A stretch of 39,974 nucleotides of DNA, from positions 1 through 39,974 of the forward strand of contig DASRDY010000355.1 in the NCBI GenBank assembly GCA_035652355.1, in the 5' to 3' direction. Positions 18,080 to 28,056 of the stretch are shown here, one piece after another. A program made the position numbers and the translations under genes. The number at the start of each line of letters is the position of its first letter. The stretch's first letter is position 1. This stretch comes from Blastocatellia bacterium (GTDB lineage: Bacteria > Acidobacteriota > Blastocatellia > DASRDY01). The notes below the pieces were generated by a model. That model searched no databases, was not told the origin of the DNA, and saw nothing but the letters and a program-made list of their open reading frames with translations.

Positions 18080-20473
18080 GTGGAGGAAAAACGGGAACAA
18101 CATGGCGCAGTGGCGCAACGAGTGCGCTCAGAGGAACCACTGGAGCCGAAGTTTTCTCTCGATGAGATTACTGAGATAAAAATTACTGCTCCCCAAAATT
18201 ACGCTGGGGGTGTGCCTGCCATCATTGCCTCGATGAAACACGCCATCGGCGAGATGGGCGTGTTGCGCAGCGCGAAGACGTTATTAAAATTGAATCAGAA
18301 GGACGGTTACGACTGCTCCAGTTGCGCCTGGCCGGATCCAGACGGTGAGCGCCATACAGCAGAGTTCTGCGAAAATGGCGCCAAGGCTATTGCCGACGAA
18401 GCCACACTCTCGCGCGTTACGCCAGAGTTTTTCGGCCAATGGAGCATCGCTGACCTTGCGCAGAAATCCGATTACTGGCTTGGGAAACAGGGCCGTATCA
18501 CAAATCCGATGGTGCTTCGCCACAACGCCACCCACTATGAACCGATAGGCTGGACAGAAGCTTTTGCTCTGATTGCAGGAGAACTGAATGCGCTCTCGTC
18601 ACCGGATGAAGCGATCTTTTATACATCCGGTCGCGCCAGCAACGAAGCTGCGTTTTTATATCAGCTCTTCGTTCGTCAATTCGGCACGAACAATCTGCCG
18701 GATTGCTCCAATATGTGCCACGAATCCAGCGGCTCTGCCTTGAATGAAACAATTGGCATCGGCAAGGGAACCGTTAAGCTGGAAGATGTCGAAACGGCCG
18801 GGGTGCTTTTCCTTGTCGGCCAAAACCCCGGCACCAATCACCCTCGCATGCTCACGGCCCTGGAGAAAGCTAAACGAGGCGGCTGCAAAATAATCAGCGC
18901 GAATCCGTTGCCCGAAGCCGGTTTGATGAGGTTCAAACATCCGCAGGAAGTAAGCGGCATTCTTGGCAAGGGGACTTCACTCAGCGATCTTTTCCTGCAG
19001 GTGCGAATCAACGGCGACGCTGCTCTTATGAAAGGCATAATGAAACAGGTGCTGGAAGAAGAGAGCAAGCGTCCCGGACAGGTTCTGAATCATAGCTTCA
19101 TCAAGGATAAGACCGCGGGTTTTGATGCATTTATCAGCGCCCTTCGCGAGGCCGATTGGAATGTGATTGTTGAAGAGAGTGGCATCGCGCGCGAACAGAT
19201 TCGACAGGCGACTGAGATCATGTTGAGTACGGATCGTTTGATTACCTGCTGGGCAATGGGATTGACTCAGCACAAAAATGCCGTGGGTACAATTCAGGAG
19301 ATTGTTAACCTGCATTTGATGCTGGGACAGATTGGCAAGCCGGGTTCAGGGCTTTGCCCGGTGCGGGGACATTCTAATGTGCAGGGAGATCGAACCGTCG
19401 GTATATGGGAAAAACCAAAACCCGCGCTTCTGGATGCCCTGGCGAAAGAATTCGATTTCGAGCCGCCACGTCGTCACGGTTACGATACGGTCAATGCGAT
19501 CAAGGCGATGCACGAAGGAAAAGGAAAAGTCTTTTTCGCGTTGGGCGGAAACTTTCTTTCCGCGACTCCGGATACCGATTACACGGCTGAAGCGCTGCGC
19601 CGATGTCAGTTGACCGTTCACGTTTCTACGAAGCTCAATCGCGCACATTTAATCACCGGCGAACAGGCTCTGATACTTCCGTGCCTGGGCAGAACCGAAG
19701 TCGATGTGCAATCAGAAGGCGATCAGTTCGTCACAACTGAGAACTCGATGGGAGTGATTCAAATGTCCAGAGGTATTTTGCAGCCTGCCTCTGAAGAGCT
19801 TCGAAGCGAACCGTGGATACTGGCAAATCTTGCGATAGCGACGCTTGGCAACCGAACGACCATCGACTGGAAGTCGATGATTGCAAACTATGACCGGATC
19901 CGCGAATCGATTGAACGGGTTGTACCCGGATTTGAAAACTATAATAAACGCGTTCGTCAACCTGGTGGTTTTTATTTGCCGAACGCGGCTCGGGACGGAG
20001 TTTTCAAAACTGCAAACGACAGGGCAAATTTTACAGTTCACGACATACCCCGCCATAAACTTTTACCTGGCCAGTTTATTATGATGAGCGTGCGCAGCCA
20101 CGATCAATTCAACACGACGATTTATGGTCTTGATGATCGTTATCGCGGGATTCATAACGGACGTCGAGTTATTTTCCTCAATAGAGAAGACCTGCGCGAA
20201 ATGAATTTGAAAGAGGGCGACATCGTCGATCTGACCAGTCATTACGAAGATGGGCAGCGTCACGCTCACCATTTCATGGTCGTTCCCTATGACATTCCAC
20301 GTCGATGCGCGGCGACTTATTTTCCAGAAACGAATGTTTTGGTTCCGATAGGAAGCGTGGCGGAAAAGAGTAATACTCCTACATCAAAATTCGTGATTAT
20401 CACTATCGAGCTTGCCAAAGAACAATCAACGAGATTTGATTACGAGCATGCCGACGGCGGCGTTCGAGCGTAA
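18080..20473 (+). CDS. FdhF/YdeP-family molybdopterin oxidoreductase.
   Basis: The N-terminal Cys cluster is YDCSSCAWPDPDGERHTAEFCENGAKA. The region NNLPDCSNMCHESSGSALNETIGIGKGTV...FLVGQNPGTNHPRM matches formate-dehydrogenase-like MopB proteins of the YdeP type. An alternative ATG start is at 18112. Confidence 0.85.
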   Translation: MEEKREQHGAVAQRVRSEEPLEPKFSLDEITEIKITAPQNYAGGVPAIIASMKHAIGEMGVLRSAKTLLKLNQKDGYDCSSCAWPDPDGERHTAEFCENGAKAIADEATLSRVTPEFFGQWSIADLAQKSDYWLGKQGRITNPMVLRHNATHYEPIGWTEAFALIAGELNALSSPDEAIFYTSGRASNEAAFLYQLFVRQFGTNNLPDCSNMCHESSGSALNETIGIGKGTVKLEDVETAGVLFLVGQNPGTNHPRMLTALEKAKRGGCKIISANPLPEAGLMRFKHPQEVSGILGKGTSLSDLFLQVRINGDAALMKGIMKQVLEEESKRPGQVLNHSFIKDKTAGFDAFISALREADWNVIVEESGIAREQIRQATEIMLSTDRLITCWAMGLTQHKNAVGTIQEIVNLHLMLGQIGKPGSGLCPVRGHSNVQGDRTVGIWEKPKPALLDALAKEFDFEPPRRHGYDTVNAIKAMHEGKGKVFFALGGNFLSATPDTDYTAEALRRCQLTVHVSTKLNRAHLITGEQALILPCLGRTEVDVQSEGDQFVTTENSMGVIQMSRGILQPASEELRSEPWILANLAIATLGNRTTIDWKSMIANYDRIRESIERVVPGFENYNKRVRQPGGFYLPNAARDGVFKTANDRANFTVHDIPRHKLLPGQFIMMSVRSHDQFNTTIYGLDDRYRGIHNGRRVIFLNREDLREMNLKEGDIVDLTSHYEDGQRHAHHFMVVPYDIPRRCAATYFPETNVLVPIGSVAEKSNTPTSKFVIITIELAKEQSTRFDYEHADGGVRA

Positions 20474-20481
20474 ATGAAGAG

Positions 20482-20565
20482 TTTCACCACAGAGGCACAG
20501 AGAAAGACAGGAAGGATTTTAATATCTGATTCTTACCTCCGTGTCTCTGTGACTCTGTGGTGAAT
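20482..20565. terminator. Long near-perfect inverted repeat (20 of 21 bp, ~37-nt loop) between two convergent genes; probably a bidirectional terminator or other structured element.
   Basis: The left arm tcaccacagaggcacagaga pairs with the right arm tctctgtgactctgtggtga. It lies between the oxidoreductase stop at 20473 and the small-ORF stop at 20570. Confidence 0.45.
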
Positions 20566-20569
20566 TCTC

Positions 20570-20695
20570 TTATTTGAATAGCGCCACGGATTTCAGGTAC
20601 GTCTGATAGATTCCCCAAACCAGAGGAATGCCGACCCACAACCAGGCGATTACAAGCATGATAATGGTGTTTCCGCTTATTCGATCTTTGCTCAT
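20570..20695 (-). CDS. 41-aa hydrophobic small ORF, translationally coupled to the upstream MFS gene by an ATGA overlap.
   Basis: MSKDRISGNTIIMLVIAWLWVGIPLVWGIYQTYLKSVALFK. Its ATG overlaps the MFS TGA stop. It is below the ORF-track size cutoff, so this call is by eye only. Confidence 0.4.
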   Translation of the reverse strand: MSKDRISGNTIIMLVIAWLWVGIPLVWGIYQTYLKSVALFK

Positions 20696-22098
20696 GCCAT
20701 TTTCCCTTCCGATTTTTGATAGTGCTTCTGCTCGACAGGGCTAACCAGGAAGTTGCAGATAAAACCGATCACCAGCAAACCGGCCATTACGTACATCGTG
20801 AAATTATATGAATCTGCCTTTGCGACTCCGTGATTGATCTGATATTCGCGAATGTAGTTCACCAGCGAAGGGCCGGCTATTCCGGCTGCCGACCACGCCG
20901 TCAGCAGGCGACCATGAATTGCTCCGACCTGGATCGTTCCAAACAGATCGCGAAGATAAGCAGGAATGGTTGCGAAACCACCGCCATACATGCTCAGAAT
21001 CACCCCGAACGTCAGCACAAACAGAATGATGTTTCCCGATTTACCCAGCGTCGGGATCAATGCGTAAGTCAAAGCTCCCAGCGCAAAATAGATCATGTAA
21101 ACATTTTTGCGCCCCAGGAAATCCGAAAGCGATGACCAGAAAAATCTGCCAGCAATATTGAACAGACTCAGCAAAGCCGTAAATCCCGCGCCCGCCGCCG
21201 TCACCGCGGCCAGCGCTGCTTTCTGGTCGGTGATTCCAGTCGTCAGTCTGCCTGAGAAAATTTCCTGCAGCATTAATGACGCCTGTCCGAGAACCCCAAT
21301 GCCAGCGGTCACATTTAGAAACAGGACTAACCATAAGAGCCAGAATTGCGGAGTCTTGATGGCCTCGTCCGCGACCACCTGGCCGGTGGTTACCAGTTTT
21401 TCAGATTTCACCGGTGGCACGAACCCTTCGGGCTTCCAGTCTGGCGGCGGCACCCGAACGACCAGCGGACCCATCAACATGAACACAAAATATATGGCGC
21501 CCATTGCATAAAAGGTCGGAACAACGCCGGTAGATTGCGGTGTTGCGAATTTGGCCATCAGATTTGTTGCCAGGGGCGAGCCGATCAGCGCTCCGCCGCC
21601 GAATCCCATTATGGCCATACCTGTCGCCATTCCAGGTCGATCGGGAAACCATTTGATCAACGTCGAAACAGGTGAAATGTAACCAAGACCCAGACCGATT
21701 CCACCGACAACGCCGTATCCAAAGATGATTACCAGCAGCGAATGAATGCTGGCGCCAAAGCCGGCAATCATAAACCCCGCGCCGAAACAGCACGCCGCGA
21801 CAAGCATCGTTTTGCGCGGACCTGACCGTTCAACCCATTTGCCGAATATAGCGGCCGACAGTCCCAGGACAACGATTGCCGTGCTGAAGATCCAGCCAAG
21901 GTCCGAGATTTTCCAATCGACGCCGTCCAGTGATTTCGTGATGCCGATCATCTGGCTGAGAGGTTTGTTGAATACGCTGAAGGCATAGGCCTGACCAATC
22001 GCCAGATGAACAGCCAAAGCTGCGGGCGGCACCAGCCAACGCGTGAATCCGGGTCCTGCTACTGTGTGCTCGCGATCCAGGAATGAAAAAGCTGACAC
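20692..22098 (-). CDS. MFS transporter of the oxalate:formate antiporter (OFA) family.
   Basis: It has twelve predicted TM segments. The motifs AFSVFNKPL and LIKWFPDRPGMATG resemble OxlT/OFA-family signatures such as WFPDKRG. Confidence 0.8.
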   Translation of the reverse strand: MSAFSFLDREHTVAGPGFTRWLVPPAALAVHLAIGQAYAFSVFNKPLSQMIGITKSLDGVDWKISDLGWIFSTAIVVLGLSAAIFGKWVERSGPRKTMLVAACCFGAGFMIAGFGASIHSLLVIIFGYGVVGGIGLGLGYISPVSTLIKWFPDRPGMATGMAIMGFGGGALIGSPLATNLMAKFATPQSTGVVPTFYAMGAIYFVFMLMGPLVVRVPPPDWKPEGFVPPVKSEKLVTTGQVVADEAIKTPQFWLLWLVLFLNVTAGIGVLGQASLMLQEIFSGRLTTGITDQKAALAAVTAAGAGFTALLSLFNIAGRFFWSSLSDFLGRKNVYMIYFALGALTYALIPTLGKSGNIILFVLTFGVILSMYGGGFATIPAYLRDLFGTIQVGAIHGRLLTAWSAAGIAGPSLVNYIREYQINHGVAKADSYNFTMYVMAGLLVIGFICNFLVSPVEQKHYQKSEGKMA

Positions 22099-22202
22099 GC
22101 TTCACCTCCGGTAATCGACTGCTGTTAGGGCAAAAACAGGGAGTAATTGATTGCTCTGACTAAACAATCGCCTTCAAATCAAAAGCGATTTGCATAGAGC
22201 AC

Positions 22203-22236
22203 CTGGTTCACGAAAACAGAGCCCGCAGTTCGTGAA
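22203..22236. promoter_or_regulatory. Perfect 10-bp inverted repeat with a 14-bp spacer, about 100 bp upstream of the MFS start; operator-like.
   Basis: ggttcacgaa-aacagagcccgcag-ttcgtgaacc. There is no U-tract on either side, so a terminator is less likely. Confidence 0.3.
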
Positions 22237-22432
22237 CCGTTTAATTACCGGCGGTAAGGCTTTTCCGGTATTGTTAGAGACAAAAGATAAAAATCTTTGG
22301 ACTGCAAAACGAAAACGTAATCTATCACAGTCCGGGTTAACAGATGATTCGATCTTCGGTAAATTCTATGCAACAAAAAATTCACATAAATGTCACGAAT
22401 CGCGGAATTAATGTTCGGAAAAGGCGGCTTGG

Positions 22433-24022
22433 TTAATTGCCTGGTTTTCTTTGCCAGACACTGAAAGAGGTCTCTCGACCAGCACTGTAGACCTGTTGAA
22501 ATAATTGGTTGACTTGAGGGTCGCGCAAAGCAGCGGCCAAATTCGAACGATCCTGAACGACTATCATTTGCTTATCGTTTGTCAGCGCTGAAAAGCTGTC
22601 AGGTTTCCATTGCTCGTTAAGGTAATAATCCAGGTCGCGGAACCGAAGACCGGATGGTGCCACTATGCCTTCCGCTTGAACATCCAGGAGTGTTCGCCCT
22701 TGCGGTAAATGTTTGGCTATATAATCCGCGACCCCATACCGCGCCTGCCATTCAGGATTGATGTAGTTCGACGCGTACGGTTCCTGAAATACCTTGATCG
22801 AATGAATTCCGTCAGCCCAGATTCCGATGTAACCGATCAGAATCAATCCCGCGGTTGCCATCAAGGGAATTATTTCCCTGCGGGAATAGACGTATGCAAC
22901 AGCAGGGATAAATAGAGCTATCGGTACAAGGTAAGGCAGTCCGTAGCGAACGTTTTCAAGTCCGAGAAACACCTGAACTCTGATATTGCCGGTGTAGAGA
23001 CTATAAAGATGAAAGAGTAGAGGAAACAGGTAAAGGAAAGTCGGTAGATATGAAATCAGTTTTCGACGATTGTGTACCAGGAAACTGCCTAGTCCAGTAA
23101 TGCTGAGAATCGTCGCGACGACCCCGGCGCAAGACAATACCGCGCCAAGGCCCTCAATCGATGTCCACAACAGACTATGAGTCGTAATCGGATGGACATT
23201 CTGCCGCGCGTAGATCATTTTGGCCGAATAATAACCGTTGTAAAACTCGAGCGCATTCCCTGAAATCGCCCAGTTATGCCAGAACCAGTAGATCCATACT
23301 GCTGCGACAATCGATCCCCAAATCGCGCCGTCAATTGCCTTGCGCCAACCCACGCGGTTAGATAGCAGCAAGACGACCAGCCCCGCAAAAGGTGCAAGCG
23401 ACCAGGCTTCGTATCGGGTCAGCTCTGCTAAACCTAGACAAACGGCCGATGCCAGCAACGTCTTTAGCTGATAATTGAATGCCCATTTCTGTAAGAAATA
23501 GATTGAACTGGCAAGAGTGCAGATAAAAAGCGACTCGGTCATTGGTGTCGTCTGCATGTAAAGCATGCTGGGATTAAGAACAAAAACCAGCGTGGAAACC
23601 AGCCCAAAAAGATATCGGTTTCGTTCAGACCGATAGATGAGACCGGAATGCTTATAAACAATTATTGCGGTAATGATGAAAGAGATACCGGAAACAATAC
23701 TGCCAGCGAGACCGGTGCGCCACAATCGCTCAATCGAGACAAATGGGGCCATCACGAAATACGGCAGCGGCAACCAAGGGGTTCCGATTTGTAAATACCG
23801 TGACCACAAATCGGGATAATCCCAGTCAAGCAGTTTGCGGGTTCCGTTCAGCCGCGAAATTCCATCACCATAGATATTCGCCCAACCGTGAGAATAGAAA
23901 TACCAGAGAGAAATCGCAGCAGCCAGCAGAGCGAAACCCGCAACAACAAAGGTTCCCGATCGATCCAGAAACGCAAAGTTGTTAATTTGAGGTACTGACT
24001 TGGAAGGTTGCGAGGATGCCAT
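22433..24022 (-). CDS. Polytopic membrane protein, 529 aa; tentatively a GT-C-fold glycosyltransferase of the PMT/ArnT type.
   Basis: It has about 12 predicted TM helices and sits directly downstream of manC-manB and the RDD gene on the same strand. Family membership is a guess from topology and context. Confidence 0.45.
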   Translation of the reverse strand: MASSQPSKSVPQINNFAFLDRSGTFVVAGFALLAAAISLWYFYSHGWANIYGDGISRLNGTRKLLDWDYPDLWSRYLQIGTPWLPLPYFVMAPFVSIERLWRTGLAGSIVSGISFIITAIIVYKHSGLIYRSERNRYLFGLVSTLVFVLNPSMLYMQTTPMTESLFICTLASSIYFLQKWAFNYQLKTLLASAVCLGLAELTRYEAWSLAPFAGLVVLLLSNRVGWRKAIDGAIWGSIVAAVWIYWFWHNWAISGNALEFYNGYYSAKMIYARQNVHPITTHSLLWTSIEGLGAVLSCAGVVATILSITGLGSFLVHNRRKLISYLPTFLYLFPLLFHLYSLYTGNIRVQVFLGLENVRYGLPYLVPIALFIPAVAYVYSRREIIPLMATAGLILIGYIGIWADGIHSIKVFQEPYASNYINPEWQARYGVADYIAKHLPQGRTLLDVQAEGIVAPSGLRFRDLDYYLNEQWKPDSFSALTNDKQMIVVQDRSNLAAALRDPQVNQLFQQVYSAGRETSFSVWQRKPGN

Positions 24023-24039
24023 GCTTTTAACGATTCAGA

Positions 24040-24687
24040 TTATATCTTGTATACATGGCTATTGGCGACCTTGTCGTGGAGCGTTTGTTTTTCAGGATCA
24101 CTGAGCATCCACAGATTATCAATAAACAGGAAGATAACGCACGATTGCGCTATCAGGTGTTTAACCAATTCTCTTAGAAATGATTTGCCGAATCCCAGCG
24201 GCAACCCGTCGTTCCCCAGACACCTCAGCCCCGCCATACTTTTCCCGATCGTGGCTCCATTTTTGCCCTGTAAATAGGTGTTGAATAGAACAAAGATCAG
24301 TGCCCCAAGCGCGCACCCCAGAAATGCCATTGATCCTTCGAAACTAGGTCCCTCATTGTTCATTCCAGATCCCACAAGGAAAGCATATCCAATAGCCAAT
24401 AGCACTGATGGAATGATGCCATCGAGAAAATATGCCAGGAATCTAATCCAGAATCCTGCCAGTGGCGCAGTCGGAACCGGGGTGTAAGGCTGCTGAAAAA
24501 TCGGACCGTAATCCGGTAACGGCGAAATGTCAGGTGTCGAAATTGGAGGGAACATTTCGCGAATGGGCGACGTGTCCACTTGCGTTTTGAAGTCAGGCCG
24601 GGTTTCCTGCAATACAGTTCCACATTGTCGGCAAAACCGGGCTCCGTCGATGTTTTGCGTGTGACAATTTGGACAATTCTTTGGCAT
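24040..24687 (-). CDS. RDD-family membrane protein with an N-terminal zinc ribbon.
   Basis: The zinc ribbon is CPNCHTQNIDGARFCRQCG. The RDD-like region, with a hydrophobic core, is WIRFLAYFLDGII...GATIGKSMAGLRCL. Confidence 0.75.
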   Translation of the reverse strand: MPKNCPNCHTQNIDGARFCRQCGTVLQETRPDFKTQVDTSPIREMFPPISTPDISPLPDYGPIFQQPYTPVPTAPLAGFWIRFLAYFLDGIIPSVLLAIGYAFLVGSGMNNEGPSFEGSMAFLGCALGALIFVLFNTYLQGKNGATIGKSMAGLRCLGNDGLPLGFGKSFLRELVKHLIAQSCVIFLFIDNLWMLSDPEKQTLHDKVANSHVYKI

Positions 24688-24715
24688 GCGAATTTCCGAT
24701 AGCCCTCAGCGAGAG

Positions 24716-26065
24716 CTATGCTATCAGCCCGCTCAGCCTTGATTCAACCAATTGCCGCATCTCGTCGAGATGCTGCTGGTTGTCAGCCTCGAATCTAAGC
24801 ACCAGAACAGGCTGTGTATTAGATGAACGAATCAATCCCCATCCATGTTCAAAAAGAATGCGCGCACCATCGATGTCTATGACTTCATTTGTTTTGCGAA
24901 ATTCGTCGGTCAGTTGCTTAACCACGTCGAACTTTTTGTCGTCAGGACAATCAACTCTGATTTCCGGAGTATTCACTGTCGGAGGAAGATCACTGAGAAG
25001 CGCGGATAGCGGTTGATCCGTATTCGACAAAATCTCCAGCAGCCGTGCGCCTGCATAAGGTGCGTCATCATATCCAAAATACCGATCGGCGAAAAATTGA
25101 TGACCGCTCATTTCACCCGCGAGCGCCGCTCCCGTTTCTTTCATTTTGGCTTTGATTAACGAATGCCCGACCTTCCACATAATCGGCTTCCCGCCGTGTT
25201 TTTTAATGTCATCGAAGAGAGTTTGAGAGCATTTGACCTCAGCAATAAACGTTGCGCCCGGGTTTTTCTTTAGAATCGACCGAGCATAAATGATCATCAG
25301 TTGATCGCCCCAGATTATTCGGCCATGCTCGTCGACAACACCAATCCTGTCGGCATCACCATCAAATGCTATTGCCAGATCGGCTTTGTGCTCTTTCACT
25401 GCGTCAACGGCGAATCTCATGTTCTCGACTACCGTCGGATCGGGATGGTGATTCGGGAAACGGCTGTCCGGTTCAGTGAACAGATCAATGACATCGCAGC
25501 CTAATTGGCGATAGATCGGAACGGCGACATAACCTCCCATTCCGTTGCCACTGTCGACAATGACTTTCAGCGGTCGGGAACCGAGCTTCACATTTGACGC
25601 AATGTAACTGCTGTATTCCGGTATCACATCACGTTCTTCCGCAGAGCCGGCGCCGCTGGCGAATTTTCCTGATTCAGCAATATCTCGGATCTGACGAATA
25701 TCGTCGCCAAAGATGGTGCCTTTGCCCAGGCAGATTTTGAAACCATTATTGTCGGCCGGGTTGTGACTGCCGGTGATCATCACGCCGCCTTCGACCAATT
25801 GTGTGAACATTGTGAAATAGAGGACAGGAGTCGGCACCATTCCGACATCCAGAACGTCGCACCCGGTTTCGTTCAGTCCGCGAATCATCAAATCGCGAAA
25901 TCGCGGAGAGCTTTCACGCGCGTCCCGACCAAGGCTGATTCTGCGAGCGCTGTTGTTTCGAAAATAAGTTCCAAGCGCTCGCGCCAGATCGTAAACGGCA
26001 TCGTCAGTCAGATCGCGGTCGACAACTCCGCGAATGTCATATTCGCGAAAGATCTGCGGGTTCAT
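24716..26065 (-). CDS. manB: Phosphomannomutase/phosphoglucomutase.
   Basis: The active-site loop ITGSHNPADNNGFKI matches the AlgC/ManB TGSHNPPDYNGFKI motif, and the 449-aa length is typical. Confidence 0.9.
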   Translation of the reverse strand: MNPQIFREYDIRGVVDRDLTDDAVYDLARALGTYFRNNSARRISLGRDARESSPRFRDLMIRGLNETGCDVLDVGMVPTPVLYFTMFTQLVEGGVMITGSHNPADNNGFKICLGKGTIFGDDIRQIRDIAESGKFASGAGSAEERDVIPEYSSYIASNVKLGSRPLKVIVDSGNGMGGYVAVPIYRQLGCDVIDLFTEPDSRFPNHHPDPTVVENMRFAVDAVKEHKADLAIAFDGDADRIGVVDEHGRIIWGDQLMIIYARSILKKNPGATFIAEVKCSQTLFDDIKKHGGKPIMWKVGHSLIKAKMKETGAALAGEMSGHQFFADRYFGYDDAPYAGARLLEILSNTDQPLSALLSDLPPTVNTPEIRVDCPDDKKFDVVKQLTDEFRKTNEVIDIDGARILFEHGWGLIRSSNTQPVLVLRFEADNQQHLDEMRQLVESRLSGLIA

Positions 26066-26075
26066 AATTGCCTCC

Positions 26076-27152
26076 TCAATACAGTCCGCTTCGCCCGGCG
26101 CGTTTTAACATCTCAGGAAATTTCTTCACATCCTGCGAGCGATTCATATCCGCTATTAATAGTCCATCGGGCGTATCAACTATGACCAGCCCCTCAACAC
26201 CGAGCAATGCAATCAGGCGCTCCTTGTTTGAATAAACCAGGTTGTTCTTTGAATCGATAGCGAGGGCGTCCGCGAGCAACAAATTCTGCTGGTCGTCGTA
26301 TTCTTCTCGTCTCAGTTCATATAGAGCCTGCCAGCTTCCGACATCGCTCCAGCCAAAATCGGCTTTGAATACGTTTATTGGTGCTTTAGCTCGCTCCATC
26401 ACTCCATAATCGATGGAAACCGATTCCAAGTCGGAATAAACGCTTTCAAGCACTCGATCGTAACTGTCTTTGCCAATGGCCTTGGCGATTGTATGAAGTC
26501 CGGCGTACAAATTCGGCAAGCTTCGTTCAATTTCCGCGAGGATCGTCTTTGGCGTAAAAATAAAGATGCCGCTATTCCAAAAGTAATTGCCGCTGGCCAG
26601 ATATTTGAGTGCGGTCTCCAGATCGGGCTTTTCAACAAATCGATTCACCGCGAAAAACGGAGTCGACAGTGCCTCACCCTCGGCCTTGCCTGATTCTATA
26701 TACCCGTAGCCGGTCTCTGGACGGGTTGGCGTAATTCCCAAAGTGACGATTGAACCGGATTTCGCAGCTTCCGCTGCTGCCCTTAAAACTTTTATAAAAC
26801 CATCCGTGTCCGCAATGAAATGGTCGGATGGCAGCACAAACATGGGCGCGTTTTCGTCGAGCCTGGCAATATGAACAGCGGCAAGACCGATTGCCGCGGC
26901 AGTGTTGCGACCTATCGGCTCTGTCAGTATATGTACGCCCATTCCACCGATAAGATTATCAGTCAACTTCGCGTGGTTTTTGCCGACGACTACATAGATA
27001 TCCTCTTTGTTGACTAAGGGGCTGATTCGGTTGGCGGTATCTTCCAGCAGAGAATTCGCGCTGGTTATGTTCAGAAATTGTTTAGGGAGACGTTCGCGGC
27101 TTGCCGGCCAGAACCTTGTGCCTGACCCACCAGCCATAATGACAGCGAACAT
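26076..27152 (-). CDS. manC: Mannose-1-phosphate guanylyltransferase.
   Basis: The N-terminus [27 protein letters not shown] is the nucleotidyltransferase G-loop of ManC-type enzymes. It lies immediately upstream of manB on the same strand. Confidence 0.85.
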   Translation of the reverse strand: MFAVIMAGGSGTRFWPASRERLPKQFLNITSANSLLEDTANRISPLVNKEDIYVVVGKNHAKLTDNLIGGMGVHILTEPIGRNTAAAIGLAAVHIARLDENAPMFVLPSDHFIADTDGFIKVLRAAAEAAKSGSIVTLGITPTRPETGYGYIESGKAEGEALSTPFFAVNRFVEKPDLETALKYLASGNYFWNSGIFIFTPKTILAEIERSLPNLYAGLHTIAKAIGKDSYDRVLESVYSDLESVSIDYGVMERAKAPINVFKADFGWSDVGSWQALYELRREEYDDQQNLLLADALAIDSKNNLVYSNKERLIALLGVEGLVIVDTPDGLLIADMNRSQDVKKFPEMLKRAGRSGLY

Positions 27153-27380
27153 CCGATATCTCCTGTTTCTGAAAGAGTCAAATATTTCGACGGGTACTTT
27201 AACAGGTTATTTAACAGTGAGGCAAGGTGAGCTTACCGCCGGCCGCTGGAGTAATTCAATAATTGATAATCTACTTCTGCCCATCGGTTTTCTGGGAATC
27301 CAGAAATTGTTGCAAGAGCTTTTCTGATGCTCGGAAACTGGTTTTCCTCAGTTTATCAATCACGGTGGGTAAATCATCGA

Positions 27381-27755
27381 TCATCCTTTTTTTGTTGCGA
27401 CAGCCAAGACGCCTAAGGTACCGGTAACGTTCTGTCCATACTCGAGAGCCGCGCGCCTTGCCTTGATATCATCCATTAGAAGCAGATCTGCCTTTAATTC
27501 CAATCCGAGTGCTATGGTCTCTCGTTCACCAGCTCCCAATCCCAAGGATAGATTGAGTGCCTGAACTGTTCGCATCTCCAACCATTCTGGTTGATGCTTC
27601 GTCCAATTTCGTACTTTTTGAGGGGTTCTGGGATTTTTCAGTTCGTTATGGACCGCCAATGGGATAATCACCCGCTTATACAGACGACGCAAAATGTCAG
27701 CCTGATCGATTAGAATTAGATAATTCAGGGGAGTAGTATCAGAGACGACAATCAT
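27381..27755 (-). CDS. PIN-like DUF3368-family putative toxin.
   Basis: It is 124 aa and starts MIVVSDTTPLNYLILIDQADIL, with acidic residues spaced as in a PIN fold. Its start overlaps the upstream UPF0175 gene by 4 bp. Confidence 0.65.
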   Translation of the reverse strand: MIVVSDTTPLNYLILIDQADILRRLYKRVIIPLAVHNELKNPRTPQKVRNWTKHQPEWLEMRTVQALNLSLGLGAGERETIALGLELKADLLLMDDIKARRAALEYGQNVTGTLGVLAVATKKG

Positions 27756-28015
27756 CCCGGCAGAACTCGATCATTAGCGACTATATCCTGACGAAGATCT
27801 TCATCACTGTAGAGAAGATCAACTCCGCGCTCTTTCAGGAAAGATTCCGCTTCCAAAATAGACAGATTCAGCATTTCCGCTATCTGGCCGACACTTAGCG
27901 CCTCTGAGCGGTATCCTTCGATAGCTAACGCTTCCAATGCGCGGCGCGACAGGTTTCCCCATTCCGCTTGCAACTGGCGCTCGATCTCTGCCGGAATGTT
28001 TAATGTTATAGACAT
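27752..28015 (-). CDS. UPF0175-family antitoxin.
   Basis: It is 87 aa with EALAIEGYRSEALSVGQIAEMLNLS...FLKERG, characteristic of UPF0175 partners of DUF3368 proteins. Confidence 0.65.
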   Translation of the reverse strand: MSITLNIPAEIERQLQAEWGNLSRRALEALAIEGYRSEALSVGQIAEMLNLSILEAESFLKERGVDLLYSDEDLRQDIVANDRVLPG

Positions 28016-28056
28016 AAATCAACTTCTTCTAAACCATATTACCACGTTCAGCAATC

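Noticed and set aside
18284-20272. Several 60-114-aa ORFs on both strands inside the YdeP-like oxidoreductase gene.
   Set aside because: They sit inside a 797-aa ORF with unambiguous molybdopterin oxidoreductase motifs.
20830-22105. Plus- and minus-strand ORFs of 80-134 aa inside the MFS gene.
   Set aside because: They are antisense to, or out of frame with, the 12-TM OFA transporter ORF.
24008-25016. ORFs at 24008-24277 plus, 24278-24487 plus, 24360-24623 minus and 24669-25016 plus overlapping the RDD and manB genes.
   Set aside because: They overlap stronger gene calls on the other strand or frame.
25301-26693. Plus-strand ORFs (25301-25504, 25763-26185, 26493-26693) and the 26399-26638 minus ORF inside manB and manC.
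   Set aside because: They are antisense to, or out of frame with, genes carrying diagnostic catalytic motifs.
27819-28022. 67-aa minus-strand ORF overlapping the UPF0175 antitoxin gene.
   Set aside because: It is an alternative frame of the same locus. The UPF0175 frame has the family motif and the 4-bp overlap with the toxin typical of TA pairs.
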